DNA of 63,806 nt, filler included, from Collodictyon triciliatum (taxonomy: Eukaryota): the NCBI GenBank assembly GCA_043381765.1. It is 6 parts of 6 records of this genome, joined end to end, with 100 filler letters (N's around TTAATTAATTAA, not from the genome) between each part and the next. Parts side by side here need not be neighbours in the genome. Positions count along the whole stretch, not along the records: positions 37,954 to 56,805 come from JBHJMP010001329.1; positions 56,906 to 58,935 come from JBHJMP010001404.1; positions 59,036 to 61,216 come from JBHJMP010001416.1; positions 61,317 to 63,806 come from JBHJMP010001456.1; 2 more parts are not named here. One strand, 5' to 3'. This document shows, in pieces, positions 54,206 through 63,806 of the stretch. The notes under the pieces were generated by a model. The model worked only from the letters and a program-made list of their open reading frames with translations. It did not search any database and was not told the origin of the DNA. The first letter of the stretch is position 1. The number at the start of each line of letters is the position of its first letter. The translations under genes and the position numbers were made by a program.

Positions 54206-54724
54206 ATCCTTCGTCTCTGTTGCGCCCTAATACGAGAGTTTTGGATCAGAGCACAACAGATTTTTGCACTTTCTTTGTTTTGATTTTGCTTTGTTTTTGC
54301 TTTGTTTTTGTATTTTTGTTTTGTTTTGTTCTTGTTCTTTTGCTTTGTTTTTGTATTGTGTCCTGATGCTTGTATTTTGTCCTGATGCTTGTGTTTTGCT
54401 TTGTGCTTTGTTTTTGCTTCTTTTTTTTGTTTTTTTGCTTTAACGGATATACGGTATATAAGGTAGCTTTGTCTACATGTGGAAAAGGGCAGAAGACATC
54501 ACTTGAGCCAGATCTACAAGAACGCAAGAGAAGCGTGAGTTTGTGGCGATTGATTCGCAGATATGTCGCTCCCACTCCCGCGCCCTTCTTTTTTTTGCGA
54601 CGGAATGCTTGGAGAGTTCATTACACAGCGCATAATCACGCATTCGTTTAAAGAAACTGTGATATTGTGTATGTCCATCATTTCATGCCGTTTATTTTTC
54701 ATTATATGGGCGTATTTCGTGAGT

Positions 54725-56223
54725 TTATGTGGCGTTAGAGCGGGAGATGCGATGTCGAGCAGCCTCTTGGCGCACTCGCGCTTCATAGTCTGACTTGGAT
54801 GTTCTATTCAACACGAATGATCAAAAGGACAGTTAAAGGATACTTTAATTCACCAGATATAGTTCATAAGTGTGGTATCCGTGAAAAGGCGATGACATAG
54901 ATGTCTCTGTTTTTCTAGCCAATGGAAAAACACTCATTGTGAAATATATCACATAGTATTTGGTTACCGAAGTAGGTCATATGGTTCCTTTTGAGCTGGG
55001 TCACCAAGGTTCGGATTGTCGAGCAAGTCTTGGATTCCAATAAGAATCTAGTTAAAGTGGAGCATTTTCGGCCTTAAGTTAGAAACACATTTAACAATTA
55101 GATGGCGAGCAATCATCACTGCAATGGGTAGTGCGTGCAACCTGTTTGATTGTGATGGCTGGCTTCCAGTCCTTCTCTTCATTCAGAATTGAAAGACAAA
55201 CAGTACCTGAGGGGAATACATTTGGGTGGAACAAGACAGTATCAAAGCGGCCTGGCGGAAAGAAAAGTCAATATCTGTGGAAATGGCTCGGCTGGGGGAA
55301 TGGAGTGTGAATGAAATCAGCCATATGTATATGCAGCACCGCAGGGAACATACTTTATATATTTCAACATAAAATGCGAGCATTTTCGGCATATGCGATT
55401 ATTATAATAATTATTAAAAAGAGACAATTAGTCGACTCTATCCACTCAATATAAATCACATAGACACTCTGCTCATTCGGTGGAACACTTCAGTGTAGAT
55501 AGCCAGAATTATAGATGGCATAAACAAATAAAATAAGATAGATAAATCATGGTAAATGCTAACATCACATACAACGCGGTGGTTTCGAGGGATAATCGTC
55601 ACTGAACTCCATCGTGAGCTTGTACTCGCCTCCCTCCCACGGAGTCTGCAAGCAGACAAAACGTTATTGTGAATGCAACAAACACAAGAAGCGTGCTTCC
55701 TCTTCTTCCAAAAAGAAAAAAAGAGTCAAAGAGGCCGCTATCCAGACTGCAGGAGACTCCACCAGAATAGGGAGGCTGCAGCTTTCACAGACACGGGGCA
55801 GCCTTCCCCGAGAGAAGCAAAAGAAAAAAGAAAAAGAAAAAGAAAAAGAAAAAGAAAAGAAGAAAAGAAAAGAAGAAAAGAAAAGAAGAAAAGAAAAGAA
55901 GAAAAGAAAAGAAAAGAAGAAAAGAAAAGGAAAGGAAAAGGAAAAATAAAAGAAAAAGAAAAAGAAAAAGAAAAATAAAAAGAAAAAGAAAAAGAAAAAG
56001 AAAAGAAAAGAAAAGAAAAGAAAAAGAACAAAGATAAAGAATACAAGGGGAGCAGTCTCGAGTGGGCGAGCCTTACGCCGTCCTTCCCAGGGATTCCACA
56101 TTCCCACTTCATGAGATCTGTTGCGCCGGAACCATCCACTTTTGGCCGTGCCCAGAAGCCGTGTGGGCGATCACGTCGCCAGTTGCGTCGCTCTTCCATG
56201 AGGCGGCCTCGTGCGATACTCAT
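54725..56223 (-). CDS. UBC9: SUMO-conjugating enzyme E2; exons 56223-56077, 55645-55573, 55251-55142, 55047-54968, 54803-54725
   Basis: Splices to [25 protein letters not shown]...[16 protein letters not shown]...[54 protein letters not shown]; diagnostic Ubc9 sequence with the catalytic Cys. Confidence 0.96.
55818..56030. repeat. (AAAAG/AAAAAG)n in UBC9 intron 1
   Basis: Visible. Confidence 0.9.
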
Positions 56224-56849
56224 GCGTGCAGATTTACAAGCGGGCTGTGTCGAGTGCAATGCGCGTCAGCCGTGCGGGCCGTTTCTCGGCGTAGTCCGAC
56301 ACCAAACAGCAAAGCATGTTTGTCGCAACGCGGAGACAACGAAAAACGTGAAAGTGGGTGAAAAGAAAGGAGAAACAAAGTCAATCAGCGCGGGTTTATT
56401 TGGTTCGTTGTCTGATTTGAATGTTCACAAAAAACAAAAATTGTTTAAACTTTATTCCTATTCATGTTTGTCAATATTCTCATATTTACCGCGTTTGTAG
56501 TATACATAATAAAATCATCAGATACAATTTGTGTAAAATGAGAATTAGATTATATTCTCCATATTTGTAAAACTTTTAAGGCATGGTTTGGCAAATAATG
56601 CCACCAGAAGCCATTTTTAGTATCCATGAATGGATGTTTGCGACAAGGCGCGTTCTTCGTTTTGTCTGGATGGGATTAAAGGCACGTCCCATAATCTCCA
56701 CCATTGAGACTATTCACACGTTTGATAGTTTCCTTTCATAATGACACAGCAAAATCAGGAAATCAAAAAACAAAACCAGGAAATCAAAAAACAAAACCAA
56801 AAAAANNNNNNNNNNNNNNNNNNNNNNNNNNNNNNNNNNNNNNNNNNNN

Positions 56850-56861
56850 TTAATTAATTAA
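56850..56861. other. Artificial contig linker
   Basis: TTAATTAATTAA between N runs. Confidence 0.97.
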
Positions 56862-56905
56862 NNNNNNNNNNNNNNNNNNNNNNNNNNNNNNNNNNNNNNN
56901 NNNNN

Positions 56906-56969
<64 letters not shown>

Positions 56970-57185
56970 AAAAAACAAAAAACAAAAAACAAAAAAACAA
57001 AAAACAAAAAACAAAAAACAAAAACCAAAAAACCAAAAAACCAAAAAACCAAAAAACCAAAAAACCAAAAAACCAAAAAACCAAAAAACCAAAAAACCAA
57101 AAAACAAAAAACCAAAAAACCAAAAAACCAAAAAACCAAAAAACCAAAAAACCAAAAAACCAAAAAACCAAAAAACCAAAAACCA
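56906..57185. repeat. Poly-A and (AAAAAACC)n at contig start
   Basis: Visible. Confidence 0.9.
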
Positions 57186-57715
57186 TGGTTGTTCAATTTA
57201 CAAGTTTTAGATTCATAGGGTATTTTCGATCAGCTATGCTCTGCGAAAGTCATGAATCTGACATATGATAGCCTTATTAAATAGACACATATAATCATTT
57301 GCTATTGTACGTGATGATTGTGCGACAACATCAGAATGATTGAAAACAAGTGCTGTATAGTTCGGTCACTCTGATACTCGTTTGTAAAAAAACTTATTCT
57401 ATTCTTTTATTAATATTCAAACATGAGAGATATGGAGACTTCCCGTGATCCCTCAGTGGCAATATGTGAACCCTCATGTTACACCGTGTTTCTTGTAAGA
57501 ATTATGATTATTTAACATGATAATCTCGGTGATATAAAGCTATCAATTTTCAAGTTAGGCATCTCACTTTTGAAAATGTGTTCTATACTGTTTATTGTAT
57601 CACATGATCTGATTCAATTATCAGCATTTTCCCTTTATTTGTATTCGTAAATGTTATATCTGGGTAAGTTGGAAACCGGGTTCAATTTTTTTTTTATGTG
57701 TGTGCAACTATACAG

Positions 57716-58879
57716 GGGGAGTCGTGGTTAGTTGACGTCACAGACACTAGTCATCCAAAACAAAAGGAGGTATTCCTCATTTTTTTAAATTTTTACTCTT
57801 TTGTCTATATAACTCATTCCTTGAAGTTGGAACATACGCACCTTTGAAGTGCATTTATTCATTAAAGAAAAAGAGTGAAATGGATTGAATCTGTAATTGA
57901 TTCAACAATTGTGCATTGGATGGATCCAACTCAAATTTCCTAAAAATTTATGTCAAAGTATTTTATGAATAAAAGGATATATCTTAAGCCCTATTTTGTA
58001 ATATATGAATATATCTTATTCTACCATGCAACTACGCTGCTTGTTTTTAATATATACTTGTGTACTTTTATCATGCGTCCAGTAAGTTCTATTATCCTGC
58101 GTGTACTCCTTCACTCACATATGATAAAAATTCTAATATTATCCAAATAATATTGTGAGCTAAGGTTCGATTCGAAGAAAATCATGGACCAAAGGCGAGC
58201 GTAGCTCTCGAATTGCCAGTTGATACTATCGATATTATAGAGACCGTACCACCCAAATCGCCGGTAACCCAACAACAAGCACTTTCGATAGGAAAAACAT
58301 CGCTACCATCAATTTTAAAGGTGAAGCAATTTCTTTAAACGAAATTATCTTATACATTTGTATTATCTTCATTATCATTTTATTGCTATATCATTATGAA
58401 TTTATTTATTATTGTGGTCATTATCATTAATATCACCCTTAATCGAATAAAGGAAAAAAAGTCATCATCACGATAGTTCCTTAGCGTCAAATATTTTATA
58501 CTAACATAAAAAATATTCATTAGGTTTCAAACACTTCTATATCAACCGACACCATTGAATCAGAGCCTATCGTGGACTGGAGTAATAACCACACTAGCGT
58601 ATTTTGGTACTTAAAGTCCAATAAAAAGCCATGACCATAACCACGTTTACGATATTAGAAACATTCATTTACAAGAAAATTATTTAAGCATTTTAAATTA
58701 TTTGAATCGAATAAAGGGAGAAAAAAAATACATGTGCTTAAGGTGGAATTTCTCTCATTTTCTTTTCGTATTGTCCCCAGGATACCTCCACCCCTCAACA
58801 CAAAACTTATTTATTGTCGACTCACACGTTTCAGAAAGGATGGAGATGCTGTTTACTATCTTCATCTAGATAATCCCGA
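57716..58879 (+). CDS. Internal exons of a tubby-like protein (partial)
   Basis: Exons ~57716-57769, 58165-58320, 58525-58606 and 58781-58879 splice to ...TSVFWIPPPLNTKLIYCRLTRFRKDGDAVYYLHLDNP, resembling the start of a tubby domain (P.P.....CRI.R.......Y.LHL). Confidence 0.6.
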
Positions 58880-58979
58880 GTAAGTGATATATATGTATAT
58901 CCCCCCCCCCCCCCCCCCCCCCCCTCCTTTTTTTTNNNNNNNNNNNNNNNNNNNNNNNNNNNNNNNNNNNNNNNNNNNN

Positions 58980-58991
58980 TTAATTAATTAA
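58980..58991. other. Artificial contig linker
   Basis: TTAATTAATTAA between N runs. Confidence 0.97.
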
Positions 58992-59091
58992 NNNNNNNNN
59001 NNNNNNNNNNNNNNNNNNNNNNNNNNNNNNNNNNNAAAAGAGATTTTTAAATTTCTAATGATTTTTAAGTTTTTTTTTTTTTTTTACTTAT

Positions 59092-60912
59092 TTATTCATA
59101 TGAGAGAGTTCTGCCTGACACTGGTTTTGTATCACGATTAGCTGATGCAGCGGGCTTTGCAACTTTGGTAGACACCACATATTGATTATTTATTTAAGAG
59201 TGGGATACATAAACAAAGCACACATTAAGGTCACATTGAGCGTTATGATTCAATTCAATTATTTTTTTTTCAAAAATATAAATAATTTCATGTTTTGCAT
59301 AAACGCGCAGTGGGGAAACTATGTAATACATTTTACGGCGCACAGCCGTATGCAAAACAACCAGAATTACAAACACAAAATCAAATCAAAAGGAAAAGAA
59401 GTGTAAATGTAAAAGAAAAGTAAACACAATTCACCCTTCGATTCGCTCTGCTCTGCTGCCACTAAAACTCTCAAATCAACAGGCATTGGAGGGGACTTGA
59501 AGTAAGCGTGGTCTAGAGCCTAAGTCATACAATTCAATTGCAAGCTAAGAAATAAGCATGTGATGAAGATGCCATATAAGTCATTTCCATATCCTAGTTT
59601 GTGTTGCTAAATTAAGCCCTAGACAGCACACACCTGGGGCGCTTTGATTCTTTCAACCGGGTCCAAACACAAAAATGAGGAGAGGATTTGAGCAGCCTAT
59701 TTTCCATTTACCCATGTATTAAGCAAATAGATATGTAAATTAAAAGAAAGGCAACAATAAATTTAGATACATATAGCCATGTTTTCCAACCTCTTTGTGT
59801 GGTATTTTAAAGTGCTGTGAAAAGTTTTTCCCAGGTCTTTGGGGGATATTCATCGATTTTGCAAGAGGTCCCAGGTTCTAAAGCCCAAAAATATTAATAT
59901 TTGTAATTTTATTTTGTTTACCAGTTATTAGGACACAGATAGATGCATATTACATGTAGTATAGAAAGCATTTTTTTTTTTTTAAAAAACGGTTCTTATT
60001 AAATTTGGAAATGCTCATCACATATGAAGAGCAAAAATGATGGCACAAACTTCAATAGCCTCGGGGTTCGGGGAGCCACACAGATCGAGAATGCTCATGA
60101 GATGGTTAAGGTCTGAAGTTGGCGTGAACACAAAGGATTTGAGGTACATCTCTGCCATCACGCACCCTAAGGCCCATATGTCCACTGCAGTACCATATGA
60201 TTTTGATGAGAAAAGCATCTCAGGGGCTCGATAATTCCTAAAATATTAAAACATTCACGCATTATGTGAGATTATAAAATCAACACTAGAACATGATTAA
60301 TATACTTGAATAATACACATAAAAGCAATATTCAATGTACATAAACATTAATACATGCATATTTTAGTATAAAAAGTTGGCAAAAATGGAGATTATGATT
60401 ATGATATGATATGAAAAAAAAATTGTATACGCAGTCGCGGCCTGGGGAGTGAGTTTCTGGTTCGGACTGGCAACAGATTTGGCCAAGCCAAAGTCAATCA
60501 ACTTAACAATACCATCCGCGGTAATCATAATGTTCCCAGGTTTGATATCCTTTTTTTTTTTTTTAATAGAAAACGTATATTTCTAATTGACATATGACTT
60601 ACGACTCAACTTGAATGAATTTAGAGTATCATGTGAAAAGAATTAGTTACAAATAGCTATTTTCGGATTGCGAGGTTGTTATCCAAATTTGCTGAATGAA
60701 ATGAAGGAGTTATGTCGAGGAGTTAATTTCCTTACGCGATGAACAATCATGCTCCTGTGGCAATATTCCAGACCCAAGAGAACCATCCGAACGATACTCT
60801 TGATCTCACCCGGATTCAAAACGCGAGGAGATGTGATGACATTGACAAGACAGACAGGAATGAATTCACACACCATATTAACATCTCCATTATGCACAAA
60901 AACTTCTCGCAC
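59092..60912 (-). CDS. Cyclin-dependent kinase, CDK7/CDK20-like (5'-partial, 7 exons seen)
   Basis: IVHR-DIKPGN, LIDFGLAKSVASPNQKLTPQAATA-NYRAPEMLF..SYGTAVDIWALGC, LCLDPVERI..ALDHAYF; ends TLSYE*. Confidence 0.85.
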
Positions 60913-61080
60913 CTGTTATTCAACATTATTGCGATGAAAAGCGCCAGATGAAAAATGTTTTTATATCATTATTGATAATTCATCGGCCGTCAAAAGACTT
61001 TCATCAGTTGAACGACGCAATTTAATACCGCAATACAGAGACGGTTAATATTGCACAAAAACGCACCTGCAAAAAAGAGA

Positions 61081-61163
<83 letters not shown>

Positions 61164-61260
61164 AAATAAAAAAAAGAGAATAAAAAAAAAGAGAATAAAA
61201 AAAAAAGAGAATAAAANNNNNNNNNNNNNNNNNNNNNNNNNNNNNNNNNNNNNNNNNNNN

Positions 61261-61272
61261 TTAATTAATTAA
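61261..61272. other. Artificial contig linker
   Basis: TTAATTAATTAA between N runs. Confidence 0.97.
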
Positions 61273-61412
61273 NNNNNNNNNNNNNNNNNNNNNNNNNNNN
61301 NNNNNNNNNNNNNNNNCCCCCCCCCCCCCCCCAAAAAAAAAAAAAAAAAAAAAAAAGGAAAAGAACCAAACACACATTATCTTTCGATAAGTAATTATTT
61401 ATTATTTTTTAG

Positions 61413-63064
61413 CCACTATTGCCCAGCGACAGCGAGAACATGACAGTCAACAAGACAATAGAGCGTATTGGAGGTGCATGCAATCAAGCCTCAAATTCTC
61501 GATTGAAATCATCATCAATATATACGGAAGGAAGCATTGAACAGGAGGACATGATGGTCGATTTTGACGAGCCTATTATGAGAGAAAAGAAGTCATGGGA
61601 AATAGATGAAAGTGAACTCATAATGGAAAAAAAGAGGATAGGGTCTGGATCATTTGGTTGTTTATACACGGCAACTTACAGGGTATTGTAATTCCATGCT
61701 GGTAGTATATCGTTTTATTAAGCTAATAATATCCTTCAAAACTCGCAATAATATTGCTTTATTTTCTCTGTAATTGTACAGTCCAAGAAAGTCGCTGTAA
61801 AGTGCTTAAGTCCAAATAGACCCATCAGCGATGATGCTTACATGTCATTTTTACACGAGGTTTCCATACTAAGGCAATAATTGAATTAATAGCACATAGC
61901 TCATTTATTAATTTACATAGCAGGTTGTGAGATGATATCAATAAATGTGTTAGAAAGTTTATTTGTTACCAACAAAGAGATGAAAAGAACACCATGTAAG
62001 TTCCTTATGAGAACAGAACTGATAAAACCATTCTAATTAATTAGGAGAATACACCACCCAAATATTGTTGAGTTCATTGGGGCTTCCACTGGAAGACCCA
62101 ACCCGTTGATGGTTTTTGAGCTTATTCAACCTGGAAATTTACGCACGATTCTACAGAATCATAGCATCTTCATTAGCACCAAAGAAAAGTTTGTATTTAA
62201 GAACCATAACTTTTTTTTTTGCGATAATGTTGTAATATTTTTTTTATATATATAATTGGTTGTAGGAAAAGAATTGTCGAGGGAATAATCAATGGGATGA
62301 ATTACTTGCACTCTTTAGACCCTATTATCTTGCACCGCGACCTCAAGTCGGAGAATATTCTGGTTCGACTTTTTACAAACGAATCCCTGCACGAACGAAA
62401 TAAATAATTCTACGTCTATCCGTACTGCTATCACTTTTATTACCATTACTTATCAGCATCAACATACAATAGGTTAATGAACAGTTCCAAAGCAAATTGT
62501 GCGATTTCGGCTTCGCAAAGATAAAGGAAAACAACAGGACCATGACAAAATGTGGCACTATGATATCTCAAGCACCAGAGGTTCGCTTTAGCACTCATCC
62601 ATAAGCCTTTTTCTTCCAAAAACAAAACAAAACAAAACAAAACAAAACAAAACAAAACAAAACAAAACAAAACAAAACAAAACAAAACAAAACAAAACAA
62701 AACAAAACAAAACAAAACAAAACAAAATGCTATTCGACAAAGTCATATGAACTTCAACATCGGTATGTTTTTAATTTTTTAGGTACTGAAGGGACTGCGC
62801 TACAATGAAAAAGCAGACGTATTTAGCTTCGGCATAATTCTGTGGGAAATAGAAGCCAGGGAAACTCCTTACATGGGAAAAGATCCCCTTACCTTGCAGT
62901 TTGAAGTTTTGCTTGGTCTCAGACCGGAAATAAGGATAGGCATGGATGAATCAATTGTTTCTGCCATGCGCAGATGTTGGAATGCAGACCCTGACGCCCG
63001 ACCAAGTTTCCATGATCTTGTAATAGGAGACATGGGCGGAGTTCGGCAATTGCATTCAATGTAA
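61413..63064 (+). CDS. Tyrosine-kinase-like (TKL/Raf-like) kinase, 3' part; exons ~61413-61682, 61782-61873, 62045-62188, 62266-62362, 62472-62580, 62783-63064
   Basis: WEIDESEL, IGSGSFG, VAVK, HPNIVEFIG, HRDLKSEN, CDFGFA, APE, KADVFSFGIILWE, CWNADPDARPSF. Confidence 0.92.
62618..62727. repeat. Intronic (AAAAC)n
   Basis: Visible. Confidence 0.95.
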
Positions 63065-63806
63065 AGAAAAGAATTTGATGGAAGAAGATTGTGTCTGAAA
63101 GGGTTTATCTGCTTGAATCAGCTCGAAACAAAAGCGCCGAATAAACAAATTCTAAGATATAAACTCTACATCTGATTCTCAATCAAGTTTCTCGAAACAT
63201 GCTGAGGGCTTTATCATTTGCAGCCAGTTCTTCTAGTTCCAACGCTGGCGCGGAAAACCCCCGAGTTGCATGTAAGTCTAGGACGACCCGTGTAAGGAAG
63301 CCGCCTGCAAGTCTGTCTGAGCGGACAGTATTTTTGCACGGGTCAAGCAAGTCGTTTACAGCAAGAACAAGGCTCGCAGACTCACAGGTGCGCTCGCCTC
63401 CTTCTTGGAAGCGAACGAACTTTGGGAAGAGTCATCCAATTGCGCTTACCGGACAGCGAAGGCCTTTGCCTGATCGCCTTCCTGCCTTACAGAAAACGCC
63501 CGAAAGCTTCTGGAGCTGAAGCAGGTAAGTTTGGGCGTCATTACGAACAGCTTCAGCAGAAGTAAACCAACAGAGACCTCGGTGATGCTCTACCATCTAC
63601 CACTGGACGTGTGGCCGCAACTCCTTCGTGAGGAGCTGAAGCCGTTCAGACCGACCCACGTGGACATAAAAAAAGGACAAAGGCTTCTTCACAGACACGG
63701 CCGNNNNNNNNNNNNNNNNNNNNNNNNNNNNNNNNNNNNNNNNNNNNNNNNNNNNNNNNNNNNNNNNNNNAAAGCGCATCCTCAAAGAGCGTCCGCCAGC
63801 CGCGAA

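Noticed and set aside
58441-58718. 13-bp repeat AATCGAATAAAGG in two consecutive introns
   Set aside because: Short and AT-rich, with no terminal structure supporting an introner or TSD.
63199-63806. GC-richer segment with a 106-aa ORF and a perfect CAG|GTAAGT donor
   Set aside because: No recognisable domain and truncated by a gap and the window end; cannot be distinguished as gene or transposon remnant.

Overview
AT-rich, intron-dense eukaryotic (protist-like) genomic DNA in the standard code. It is not one locus: six contigs are joined by an artificial N-TTAATTAATTAA-N linker (18949, 37898, 56850, 58980, 61261), and there are internal gaps. Manual splicing gives a Ste20-like kinase fragment, a DPF-motif endocytic tail, an alpha/beta hydrolase, a decayed non-LTR retrotransposon, a KHA-domain fragment, a PH-FFAT-OSBP gene, a large coiled-coil gene, a probable spatacsin (SPG11)-like gene, UBC9, and tubby-like, CDK7-like and TKL kinase fragments. 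The main signal is a pair of NLR-like (STAND) genes. Gene 1 (14715->4689, ~31 exons) splices in frame into CH - DUF4062-like - P-loop - TPR - pentapeptide - 13x WD40 - Sel1-like - acidic tail. Its TPRs are encoded one per 126-bp phase 2-2 exon, and its WD40s are highly similar to each other with HET-E-like variable positions. Gene 2 (54205->47609) is a single-ORF NACHT-pentapeptide-WD40-Sel1 gene with an internal LLGG|GCGASK motif that suggests cleavage-exposed myristoylation. Together they look like a diversifying innate-immunity/non-self receptor family. All domain calls come from motif recognition by eye; no database search was run.
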